A stretch of DNA of 32,000 nucleotides from Opitutia bacterium KCR 482 (GTDB lineage: Bacteria > Verrucomicrobiota > Verrucomicrobiia > Opitutales > Intestinicryptomonadaceae). Positions 16,858-24,771 of this stretch are shown one piece after another (position 1 is the first letter of the stretch; each line of letters opens with the position of its first letter). The notes under the pieces are model-generated. The model did not search any database. It had not been told where the DNA came from and saw only the letters and a list, made by a program, of their open reading frames with translations. The position numbers and the translations under genes were made by a program. The stretch lies in contig CP149973.1 in NCBI GenBank assembly GCA_029269845.2, positions 1,920,001-1,952,000 of the forward strand. The letters run 5' to 3'.

Positions 16858-17778
16858 ATGAAAAGTATAATCGCAGGCATTATGGCGTCGTTTGCGGCGC
16901 AGTTTTTGCTATGCTCGTGCTTCGTCGAAAAAACCGTGCCTCCACGCGAAAATGCGGAGTGCCGCGCGACGGCAAACGTAGCGTCGTTCAACATGCTCTA
17001 TTTCGCCGACAAGCCCTATTGGGAAAAACGGCGCGCGCAAATTCCCGCGCTCATGAAATACCACGAGTTCGACATATGCGGCTCGCAGGAGCTGTCGATA
17101 GAGCAGGCGGAGTGGATTTTATCGCAGCTCGGCTCTGCCTGGGCGGCGGAATTCAACAACCCGAAAATCGAGCCGAACGGCAAAAGCTGGGCGATGAACG
17201 TCGTCATTTTCTACAAGGCGTCGCGCTTCGAACGTCTCGACGGCGGCACGTTCTGGTTCGGTCCGAACCCGTATCCGCCCGAAAAGCGGACGGTCGGCTG
17301 GGGCGTCGGCGGCGAAAAGCAGAACCGCTTTTGCGCGTGGATAAAACTGCGCGACAAACTTTCGGGGCGCGAGTTTGTGTTCTTCGACCTCCACCTGAAC
17401 AGCCGCAACAAGCCCGACAGGGAAAAGTCCTTCGATTTGCTCGTTTCGGAAGTGCCGAAAATCGCAGGCAAAACGCCTTTCGTAATCGTGGGCGATTTCA
17501 ACACGCGCGAAAAGGAAATGATAGACAAGTTCGAGTCGTCGGGGCTTCTGCGCAACTCGCGCGACATCTCGCAAACGCCGCACTACGGCCCCGAACCCAC
17601 TTACATAGGCGTCAAGCCCGACCCCAAGCGCTGGCTGTCGCGCCCGATAGACTTCGTGTTCGTCTCGAACGGAATGGAGGTGCTCAAACACGCGCACATT
17701 TCCGACACTTTCGAGGACGTGCGGCTGTCCGACCACATGCCCGTTCTCGCGAAAATCGTCCTTCCCGCGACGCGCTGA
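16858..17778 (+). CDS. Endonuclease/exonuclease/phosphatase (EEP) family lipoprotein
   Basis: Signal plus Cys (MKSIIAGIMASFAAQFLLCSC). Internal VIVGDFN and the C-terminal catalytic motif LSDHMPVLAKI are typical of EEP enzymes. Start set at ATG 16858 (M19 of the listed ORF). Confidence 0.75.
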   Translation: MKSIIAGIMASFAAQFLLCSCFVEKTVPPRENAECRATANVASFNMLYFADKPYWEKRRAQIPALMKYHEFDICGSQELSIEQAEWILSQLGSAWAAEFNNPKIEPNGKSWAMNVVIFYKASRFERLDGGTFWFGPNPYPPEKRTVGWGVGGEKQNRFCAWIKLRDKLSGREFVFFDLHLNSRNKPDREKSFDLLVSEVPKIAGKTPFVIVGDFNTREKEMIDKFESSGLLRNSRDISQTPHYGPEPTYIGVKPDPKRWLSRPIDFVFVSNGMEVLKHAHISDTFEDVRLSDHMPVLAKIVLPATR

Positions 17779-17856
17779 AACCGCGCGGGGGCACGGCGTT
17801 AAATGGCAATTTATTGGCTTGATTGCCATGGCGTTTGTGTTTTGATTGAAAACAAT

Positions 17857-18909
17857 ATGGCATCTAAGAAAATCTTTATCATGGGCGTCAACGGGTTTAT
17901 CGGCTCGTCGCTCGCGTGGAAAATCCTCCAAAAGACCGAATGGGAAATCGTCGGCATGGACTTGGGCACAAATAAAATCGGGCACTGCCTCGGCAACCCG
18001 CGCTTCGCGTTCTTCGAAAAAAATATCTTCACCGACAAAGACTGGATTGAAGAACAAATAAAAGAGTGCGACGTCGTTGTGCCGCTCGTGGCAATCGCGA
18101 CACCCACGCTCTACGTCAAAGACCCCCTGCGCGTATACGAGCTGGACTACGAGTCGAACATCGACATCGTGAAAAAATGCGCAAAGTACGGCAAACGCAT
18201 CGTCTTTCCCTCGACTTCGGAAGTCTACGGCATGTGCCCCGACCGGAATTTCGACGAGTACAATTCGCCGCTCGTCCTCGGTCCCGTCCCGAAAGAACGC
18301 TGGATTTACTCGTGCATCAAGCAGATGCTCGACCGCGTAATCTGGGCGTACGGCAACCACGCGGGGCTGAAATTCACGCTCTTCCGCCCCTTCAATTTCA
18401 TCGGCCCGAAACTCGACGACATCACCGCCCCGAAGGAAGGCTCGTCGCGCGTGCTCACGCAGTTCGCGCACAACATCATCAACGGCAAGCCGATTAAGCT
18501 CGTAGACGGCGGAGCGCAAAAGCGCAGCTTCACGTTCATCGACGACGGCATAGAGTGCCTGCTCAAAATTTTGGAAAACAAGGACGGCTGCGCCGACGGA
18601 AAGATTTTCAACATCGGCAACCCCTACATGGAATTTTCAATCAAAGAGCTTGCCGACATGCTCGTGGAGCTTTTCGGCGAATATCCCGAATACGCCGAAC
18701 GCGCGAAGAACGCGAAAATCGAAAGCGTTTCGAGCGAGGAATACTACGGCAAGGGCTATCAGGACGTGTCGCGGCGCATGCCGTCGATTGCCGAGGCCGA
18801 GAAAGTTCTCGGCTGGAAACCGACCACCGACCTGCGCACCGCGCTAAAACTTACGCTCGACTACCACCTGCTCAAAAAGGACTACGAGCTTGGCGAAACT
18901 TCGAAATAA
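17857..18909 (+). CDS. UDP-glucuronate oxidative decarboxylase, homolog of the ArnA C-terminal dehydrogenase domain (stand-alone)
   Basis: Colinear by eye with the E. coli ArnA C-terminal domain: IFIMGVNGFIGS, KECDVVVPLVAIATP, DPLRVYELDYE, RIVFPSTSEVYGMC, RWIYSCIKQMLDRVIWAYG, FTLFRPFNFIGP, YYGKGYQDVSRRMPSI. No N-terminal formyltransferase domain, since the upstream gene ends at 17778. Confidence 0.85.
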   Translation: MASKKIFIMGVNGFIGSSLAWKILQKTEWEIVGMDLGTNKIGHCLGNPRFAFFEKNIFTDKDWIEEQIKECDVVVPLVAIATPTLYVKDPLRVYELDYESNIDIVKKCAKYGKRIVFPSTSEVYGMCPDRNFDEYNSPLVLGPVPKERWIYSCIKQMLDRVIWAYGNHAGLKFTLFRPFNFIGPKLDDITAPKEGSSRVLTQFAHNIINGKPIKLVDGGAQKRSFTFIDDGIECLLKILENKDGCADGKIFNIGNPYMEFSIKELADMLVELFGEYPEYAERAKNAKIESVSSEEYYGKGYQDVSRRMPSIAEAEKVLGWKPTTDLRTALKLTLDYHLLKKDYELGETSK

Positions 18910-18912
18910 CGT

Positions 18913-19800
18913 ATGAAGCTTGCCGTAAAAGTCGACATCGACACATACCGCGGGACGCGCGAGGGCGTTCCAAACCTCTGCAAACTTTTTAGGAAACACG
19001 GCGTTCCCGCGACGCTGCTGTTTTCGATGGGCCCCGACAATACGGGCAAGGCGCTCCGCAGGATTTTCAGGAAAGGGTTTCTGAAAAAGTGCCTGCGTTC
19101 GAATGTCGCGGGCAACTACGGGCTGAAAACCCTGCTCTACGGCACGCTGCTCAAAGCCCCGCGCATAGGCAAGCTTTGCGCCGACCAGATGCGGGCGGCT
19201 CGCGACGACGGCTTCGAATGCGGAATCCACTGCTGGGACCACTTCAAATGGCAGGACTATCTTCCGACAATGCGCCCGACGGAAATCGAGGCGGAGTTCA
19301 CAAAGGCGCGCGTCGAGTTCGAAAAAATCTTCGGCTACGAACCCAAGTTTTGCGGCGCACCCGGCTGGCAGATTACGCCCGACGCGCTCGAAGTGGAGGA
19401 CGGCGCAAACCTCCTCTACGCTTCCGACGTGCGGGGCGGCTTGCCGTTTGTGCCCACAATGGGCGGCAGAAAATTCAAAACGCTTCAAATTCCCTCGACA
19501 CTGCTGACGCTCGACGAAGTCTTGGGGCTTACGCCGCTCGAAAAAGTCGCCGACACGCACATTGCGGAGATGCGGAAAATCGGGCACTCGGTAATGACCG
19601 CGCACGCCGAGCTTGAAGGCATGGCGTATTTGGAGTGGTTCGACGCATTCCTTTCGAAAGTAAAATCGGAGGGCGCGAAATTTTACTCCCTTGCCGACTA
19701 CGCCAAGGAGATTCTGGCGAATCCGCAAACCGTGCGCACAGCCGAAATCAAAATGTCGCCGTTCACGGGGCGTTCGGGGACGCTCGCGGTTCAGTCCTGA
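18913..19800 (+). CDS. arnD: 4-deoxy-4-formamido-L-arabinose-phosphoundecaprenol deformylase-like (polysaccharide deacetylase family)
   Basis: The N-terminus KVDIDTYRGTREGVPNLCKLFRKHGVPATLLFSMGPDNTGKAL..LRSNVAGNYG parallels E. coli ArnD (RIDVDTFRGTREGVPRLL...FFSVGPDNMGRHL...LRSNAASLYG). Also has the HCWDH motif. Starts 3 nt after the previous stop. Confidence 0.85.
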   Translation: MKLAVKVDIDTYRGTREGVPNLCKLFRKHGVPATLLFSMGPDNTGKALRRIFRKGFLKKCLRSNVAGNYGLKTLLYGTLLKAPRIGKLCADQMRAARDDGFECGIHCWDHFKWQDYLPTMRPTEIEAEFTKARVEFEKIFGYEPKFCGAPGWQITPDALEVEDGANLLYASDVRGGLPFVPTMGGRKFKTLQIPSTLLTLDEVLGLTPLEKVADTHIAEMRKIGHSVMTAHAELEGMAYLEWFDAFLSKVKSEGAKFYSLADYAKEILANPQTVRTAEIKMSPFTGRSGTLAVQS

Positions 19801-19881
19801 TTTTTTTTTGAAAAATTTTTCTTTATTTCGAACAAAACCGTCCGATTACTGTCAGCAAATTTAGAAAGGAATAAATTTCGT

Positions 19882-20142
19882 ATGAAATCATTGGTATTGG
19901 CAACTATGTTGGGCGTTGCCGCGCTGTTTGTTGCGGCGTGCAACTGTCCGTCGAAATGCGCTCAGGCAAATCCCTCGTGCGCAACTGTTTGCAAGTGCAA
20001 TCCCTGCACGTGCAATCCCTGCGTTTGCAAGGATAAATGCGTTTGCAATCCCTGCCCCGCCGCCGCAAAATGCCCCGCGAAAGCTCAGGCATGCGCGAAC
20101 GCCAAGGCGGAGTGCGCAAAAAGCACATGTCCCGCAAAGTAG
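19882..20142 (+). CDS. Cysteine-rich (metallothionein-like) lipoprotein, 86 aa
   Basis: Signal peptide with lipobox MKSLVLATMLGVAALFVAA|C. The mature 67 aa contain 17 Cys in CxC/CxxC patterns with three CNPC repeats (KCNPCTCNPCVCKDKCVCNPCP), no aromatic residues and no His. RBS AAAGGA sits about 12 nt upstream. Followed by a strong terminator. Confidence 0.7.
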   Translation: MKSLVLATMLGVAALFVAACNCPSKCAQANPSCATVCKCNPCTCNPCVCKDKCVCNPCPAAAKCPAKAQACANAKAECAKSTCPAK

Positions 20143-20165
20143 TTTTTTTTCATAATAATCCCAAA

Positions 20166-20199
20166 GCGGTGTCGGAATTTTCCGATACCGCTTTTTTTT
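20166..20199 (+). terminator. Intrinsic terminator
   Basis: GCGGTGTCGG aatttt CCGATACCGC (one G-U pair, valid only in + sense) followed by TTTTTTTT. Confidence 0.8.
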
Positions 20200-20247
20200 C
20201 GGAAAATCCGTTGACGCGCTCCGCCTAAAAAATCTAATCTTTTCGGC

Positions 20248-21153
20248 ATGGATTTTACGGCGATAGATTTCGAAACCGCCAACGCAAGCCGCGCGTCGAT
20301 ATGCGCGGTCGGGCTTGTGCGCGTCGAAAACGGGGAGGCCGTGGAGCAGTTCCACAGGCTTGTGAACCCGCAGTGTTCGTTCAATTTCTACAACACGGCG
20401 GTTCACGGAATAACCGCGTTCGACGTCCGCGACGCCCCGTGCTTCTGCGATGTCTACGAAGACATGAAGCCCTTTCTTGCCGACAACGTCGTTGCGCACA
20501 ACGCGGCGTTCGACATCTCTTGCCTTCGCTCTTCGCTCGAACGCTACGACATCGCCGCGCCCGACTTCGACTATTTCTGCACGCTTTGCATAAGCCGTAA
20601 GGTGCTCGCAAACCTGCCGAGCCGCAAGCTCGACGTTCTTGCGCAGTACTACGGACTGGGCGACTTCAACCACCACAACGCGCTCGACGACGCCAGAATT
20701 TGCGCCCAGCTTTTCGGGATATTCTCCGACAGGTGCGACGTTGCGCCGCTGAAAAAAAGCTTCCGCGAAAAGACCGTCCGCCGCTCTAAGCCCGACGTTT
20801 TCGAGTCGGCTCGGCGAACCCTCGACCGCGCCCGAAAACACGAGGAGCGGCGCGCCTTGCACACCCCGCAGACCGACTTGGAGTTCGACTACTCGCCCGT
20901 GGATTTTTCGAAGACATTTGTCGTAAGCGGCGATTTCGGCGAAATGGGAGCACAGTACGTGGAGGGGCTGATTGCGCGGCAGGGCGGACGCATTCGGCGA
21001 ACAGTGGACGCCGAGACCGACTACGTTGTCGTGGCGGACAGCCCGTCGGCGGCGTGGGGCGCGGGCGAGTACGGGCGCGAGATTGACGCGGCTCTTGGCT
21101 ACGGACGCGCAAAGTTTTTGAGAATGTCGCACTTATTGCGCGAGATTATGTAG
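20248..21153 (+). CDS. DEDDh 3'-5' exonuclease (DnaQ/epsilon-like) with a C-terminal BRCT-like domain
   Basis: ExoI AIDFETAN, ExoII VVAHNAAFDISCL, ExoIII HHNALDDARICAQLF. The C-terminal ~90 aa (FVVSGDFGEMGAQYVEGLIARQGGRIRRTVDAETDYVVVAD) looks like a BRCT domain. Confidence 0.8.
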   Translation: MDFTAIDFETANASRASICAVGLVRVENGEAVEQFHRLVNPQCSFNFYNTAVHGITAFDVRDAPCFCDVYEDMKPFLADNVVAHNAAFDISCLRSSLERYDIAAPDFDYFCTLCISRKVLANLPSRKLDVLAQYYGLGDFNHHNALDDARICAQLFGIFSDRCDVAPLKKSFREKTVRRSKPDVFESARRTLDRARKHEERRALHTPQTDLEFDYSPVDFSKTFVVSGDFGEMGAQYVEGLIARQGGRIRRTVDAETDYVVVADSPSAAWGAGEYGREIDAALGYGRAKFLRMSHLLREIM

Positions 21154-21236
21154 GGCGGGCAGGGCGCGAAAATTTTTTCGAAAAAAAAGCTTGCGCGGAA
21201 CTTGAAAATCGTTTGTATGTCCAACCTATTAAATGT

Positions 21237-21313
<77 letters not shown>

Positions 21314-21319
21314 ATTTTA

Positions 21320-21346
21320 AAACCGTCCGTTTGGACGGTTTTTTTG
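21320..21346 (+). terminator. Intrinsic terminator after the tRNA
   Basis: AACCGTCC gttt GGACGGTT followed by a T-run (to about 21345). Confidence 0.8.
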
Positions 21347-21412
21347 TGTTTATATTTTTGAATGTGTTTGAGCTTGGGCGGTGTTAGCCAGCGGATTGTA
21401 GTGGCGGGCGGC

Positions 21413-21829
21413 TTAGGCAAGCCCGCAGTCGAGCAACAGGCGCGTGTCGGCGAGGATTTCTCCGATTCTTCCGAACGCAGCGGCGGCAAGTTCCGCAATC
21501 CGAATCTACCCCGCCCGCGCGGGAATGCCGGCAAGTCCCCTGTTTTGCATTGCGGCGAAAATGCCGTCGGCTCTGTCCGCGCTCCGCAACAGGAGCGAAA
21601 CTATCATGTGCGGAAAATGCCGCATTCTGATTTTCGGGTGCGACGGCGACCTCAGCACGCACGCCCTGCGCATTATCGATGCTTCCTCGGCGAGAGTGCG
21701 GAGGTATCTTGCCGTGAGCAGAAGTTGGAGCGCAACCATTTTCGGAACTTTCAGTTTTGCCAGTGCCGCCTACGGCTTGCCCGAAAAAACACCTAAATTC
21801 CCAAAATGGGTACATAATCCATATGTCAT
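21413..21829 (-). pseudogene. Possible decayed gene (139 codons, two in-frame TAG), perhaps a four-helix-bundle (23S rRNA IVS-type) family remnant
   Basis: The minus frame has GC3-rich, host-like codons from ATG 21829 to TAA 21415-21413 but is interrupted by TAG at 21772-21770 and 21508-21506. The translation contains ...IVSLLLRSADRADGIFAAMQNRG...*IRIAELAAAAFGRIGEILADTRLLLDCGLA. This loosely resembles the QLLRS..SI.AN..EA ... ET.YWL.LL pattern of that family. TAG is a genuine stop elsewhere in the window (def). Confidence 0.25.
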
Positions 21830-21956
21830 TTTCCGTTTTGGGTGCTAAATTGCGCATTTTTGGTTTAATTTAGGTTTTTGGGGATTTTTTTTAAAAAATG
21901 TCTTGAAATCTGTTTGAAAGTGTTGTCTATTGTTCGAGGTTTGAATTTCAACAGCT

Positions 21957-22631
21957 ATGAATCTTTATAAAGATACTCCGCGCACAAAAATAGAACAGCT
22001 TGTTCGCGAAACGGTATACAAAGAACTGAACCTGCCCGTTCCGCACCCCGCGGAAGGGCCGAATCCGTTGGTCGTGAACGTCAGCGCGCGCCACGTGCAC
22101 CTCACGCAGGAGGCGGTCGAGGCTCTGTTCGGCAAGGGCTACCAGCTCAACGTCCACAAATGGCTCTATCAAAAAGGGCAGTTTGCCGCAAAGGAATCCA
22201 TTACCCTCATCGGTCCGCGCAGCAGGGTTATTTCCAACCTGCGCATTTTGGGCCCGTGCCGCAAGGAAAGCCAAGTCGAGCTTGCCCTGACCGACGCCCG
22301 CGCATTGGGCTTCGACGTTCCCCCTAGAAACAGCGGCGACTTGAAGGGAACGCCCGGCTGCATGCTCATGGGCCCCGCGGGCTTTTACGAAATGCCCTTC
22401 GGGGTAATCCGCGCGGCGCGGCACGTGCACATGAGTCCCGCCGACGCCGAATTCTACGGCGTGAAAGACAAGGACATGATGAAGCTTCGCGTCTACGGCG
22501 AAAACTCCATTGTGTTCGAAAATCTCCTTTGCAGGGTTGATTCCGCGCTAAAACTCGAAGTCCACATCGATACAGACGAGGGCAACGCGTGCGACCTCAA
22601 CCCGCACTCGCTGTGCGAGCTTGTGAAATAA
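21957..22631 (+). CDS. pduL: Phosphate acyltransferase PduL (BMC-associated phosphotransacylase)
   Basis: Two PduL half-domains, each with an RHxH motif (VSARHVHLTQE and AARHVHMSPAD), and HIDTDEGNA near the C-terminus. The N-terminal amphipathic segment TKIEQLVRETVYKEL lies ahead of the core. Confidence 0.9.
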   Translation: MNLYKDTPRTKIEQLVRETVYKELNLPVPHPAEGPNPLVVNVSARHVHLTQEAVEALFGKGYQLNVHKWLYQKGQFAAKESITLIGPRSRVISNLRILGPCRKESQVELALTDARALGFDVPPRNSGDLKGTPGCMLMGPAGFYEMPFGVIRAARHVHMSPADAEFYGVKDKDMMKLRVYGENSIVFENLLCRVDSALKLEVHIDTDEGNACDLNPHSLCELVK

Positions 22632-22672
22632 TTTTCAATCTAAAAAAACAAATTCAATACGAAAGGCAAAAT

Positions 22673-22942
22673 ATGAGTCAGTCATTGGGAATGATAGAAA
22701 CCCGCGGTTTTACCGGTTGCGTTGAAGCGACCGACGCGATGGTCAAGGCGGCGAACGTCGAACTCGTCAAGCAGGTGCAAATCGGCGGCGGATACGTCAC
22801 GGCGATTGTGCGCGGCGACGTCGGCAGCGTAAAGGCGGCGGTCGAAGCGGGCAAACAGGCGGCGCAGGCGGTCGGCGAACTTGTGGGCGCGAACATCATC
22901 GCAAGCCCGCACCCGACGCTTCTCGAAAAAATGGGTCTCTAA
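22673..22942 (+). CDS. BMC-H shell protein (Pfam00936, PduA/EutM-like)
   Basis: MSQSLGMIETRGFTGCVEATDAMVKAANVELV..IGGGYVTAIVRGDVGSVKAAVEAG is the canonical BMC-domain signature. Start at ATG 22673 with RBS GAAAGG; the listed ORF begins upstream at 22589. Confidence 0.93.
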   Translation: MSQSLGMIETRGFTGCVEATDAMVKAANVELVKQVQIGGGYVTAIVRGDVGSVKAAVEAGKQAAQAVGELVGANIIASPHPTLLEKMGL

Positions 22943-22972
22943 TTTCAACACCTCGAAAAGGAATTTTACTAT

Positions 22973-23248
22973 ATGAAACAGGCATTGGCAATGGTTGAAA
23001 CCAAGGGTTTTGTTGCGGCTATGCAGGCTGCCGACGCGGCTGTCAAGGCGGCGAACGTGGAACTTTTGGGCTGGAAAAAAGTCGGAAGCGGCCTCGTGGC
23101 GGTATTCTTCACGGGCGACGTGGCATCGGCAAAGGCGGCGTTGGACTCGGCGGTCGAAGCGGCGGGCCGCATCGGCGAAGTTTCGTCCGCCGACGTAATC
23201 GCGCGTCCGCACGACGACCTCTCGAAACTCGGCTGCTTCTCGTTCTAA
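22973..23248 (+). CDS. BMC-H shell protein
   Basis: MKQALAMVETKGFVAAMQAADAAVKAANVELLGWKKVGSGLVAVFFTGDVASAKAALDSA. Confidence 0.93.
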   Translation: MKQALAMVETKGFVAAMQAADAAVKAANVELLGWKKVGSGLVAVFFTGDVASAKAALDSAVEAAGRIGEVSSADVIARPHDDLSKLGCFSF

Positions 23249-23261
23249 CAGGCAGGATACC

Positions 23262-24434
23262 GTGAAAAGAATTCTGATAGCAAACGTAGGTTCGACAAGC
23301 TACAAGTACACGGTTTTCGACGTGTCGGAAACGTGCAAGGAGCTTGTGCGCGGGGGAATCGAAAGAGTCTCCGACTACGAACTTGCGATTGCGCGCTCGC
23401 TTGAAGACTTGGCGGGAAAGGGCATTCCGAAAGAGTCGATTGACGCCGTTGCGTTCAAGACGGTCTTGGGTAAAGACCTGTCGGGACTGCGCGACGCCGA
23501 CTCGAAAGTGCTCGACGCCCTCGAAGCCATGAGCTACGTTGCGCCCGCGCACAACCCGCCCTACGCGGCGGCGATACGCGCGTTCGCAAAGGTTCTTCCG
23601 TCGGCGCGGGGCGTGGTGCTGTTCGAAACGTCGTTCTACCGCTGGGCGGACGCGGCGTGGAAACGCTACGCCGTGCCGAAAAGCTGGGACGAAATCGGAA
23701 TTCGCAGAAACGGCTTCCACGGGGCGAGCCACAAATTCGCCGCCGAACGCGTCGCGGAGCTTTGCGGAGAGGCTGAGGCCGCCGAAAGCGCGCGCATGCT
23801 GTACGTCAACGACGGGCCGATGAAGCTTGCAAAACCGTTCAGAATGGTGAACTGCCACTTGGGCGGGTCGTCGTCGGTTTGCGGCATACTAAACGGCGCG
23901 GCGGTCGGTTCGAGCATGGGCTTCACGCCCCAGAGCGGGCTTCCCCAAAACAACAGAGTTGGCGACTTGGACTCGATGGCGATTCCCTTCGCAATGAAAA
24001 CGCTGGGAATTACCGCCGAAGAGGCGGCGTCGGAACTGTCCAAAAAAGGCGGGCTTCTCGGAATAAGCGGCGTCTCCAACGACATGCGCGACGTCCGCGC
24101 GGCGGCGGAGGCGGGCAACCGCGACGCGGAGCTTGCGATAGACGTTTTGGCGTACGCGGCGAGATCGTACATCGGGCAGTTCATGGCGCAAATGGGCGGC
24201 TTGGACGCAATCGGGTTCAGCGGCGGAATAGCCGAAAACAACCCGTGGCTCAGGGCTAAGATTCTCGATCCGCTCGCGGGCTTGGGCGTCGTAGTGGACG
24301 CGGAGAAAAATTCGAAACTCGTAAAGGCGGAGGGCGTGTTCTCTTCGCCGGATTCAAAAATCAAGGCGGTCGCGGTCGTCGCAAACGAGGAAATCGTGAT
24401 AGCGCGCGAGGCCGCTGGGTACTTGAAAAAATAA
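23262..24434 (+). CDS. ackA: Acetate/propionate kinase family (acyl-phosphate kinase of the BMC pathway)
   Basis: GTG start. ILIANVGSTSYKY N-terminus, NGFHGASHKF, VNCHLGGSSSVCG and GGIAENNPWLR are ASKHA acetate-kinase motifs. 390 aa. Confidence 0.88.
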   Translation: MKRILIANVGSTSYKYTVFDVSETCKELVRGGIERVSDYELAIARSLEDLAGKGIPKESIDAVAFKTVLGKDLSGLRDADSKVLDALEAMSYVAPAHNPPYAAAIRAFAKVLPSARGVVLFETSFYRWADAAWKRYAVPKSWDEIGIRRNGFHGASHKFAAERVAELCGEAEAAESARMLYVNDGPMKLAKPFRMVNCHLGGSSSVCGILNGAAVGSSMGFTPQSGLPQNNRVGDLDSMAIPFAMKTLGITAEEAASELSKKGGLLGISGVSNDMRDVRAAAEAGNRDAELAIDVLAYAARSYIGQFMAQMGGLDAIGFSGGIAENNPWLRAKILDPLAGLGVVVDAEKNSKLVKAEGVFSSPDSKIKAVAVVANEEIVIAREAAGYLKK

Positions 24435-24462
24435 AATTTAATAACTAAAAAAAGGCAAAAAA

Positions 24463-24753
24463 ATGGCAAACGCAATCGGTATATTGGAAACACAGGGAAT
24501 GGTAGCCCTCGTAAAGGGCGTAGACGCAATGCTCAAAGCGGCGAGCGTAAGCTTGGCGGGGCAGTACAAGGACGTCGGCAGCGCGTACATGAGCGCGGCG
24601 GTCGTCGGCGACGTTGCGTCGGTAAAGGCGGCGGTCGAAGCGGGAGCTACGGCGGCGGGCGAAGTCGGCAAGGTTTGCAGCGTGCACGTAATCGCGCGTC
24701 CGAACGAAAACACCGAAGCCATTCTCGCGCCCAAAGCGGCTTCCAAGAAATAA
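24463..24753 (+). CDS. BMC-H shell protein with a short Lys/Ala-rich C-terminal tail
   Basis: MANAIGILETQGMVALVKGVDAMLKAASVSL..VGSAYMSAAVVGDVASVKAAVEAG, with tail ...NENTEAILAPKAASKK. Confidence 0.92.
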   Translation: MANAIGILETQGMVALVKGVDAMLKAASVSLAGQYKDVGSAYMSAAVVGDVASVKAAVEAGATAAGEVGKVCSVHVIARPNENTEAILAPKAASKK

Positions 24754-24771
24754 AAACGGAAACGTTCCGAC

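Noticed and set aside
21202-21232. Promoter for the tRNA (TTGAAA 21202-21207 ... TATTAA 21227-21232)
   Set aside because: The spacer is 19 nt and the -10 is weak. It is plausible but not supportable from sequence alone.
21362-21857. Three overlapping listed ORFs (21362..21796 +, 21444..21848 +, 21384..21857 -) upstream of pduL
   Set aside because: Their products are Arg/Cys/Pro-rich and implausible, and the ORFs are mutually overlapping. Only a different minus frame looks coding-like, and it is interrupted by two TAGs (reported as a possible pseudogene).
21903-21933. Promoter for the BMC operon (TTGAAA at 21903 or 21914, TATTGT at 21928)
   Set aside because: The spacings are 19 and 8 nt, and neither is convincing. 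The real promoter or regulatory site cannot be assigned by eye.
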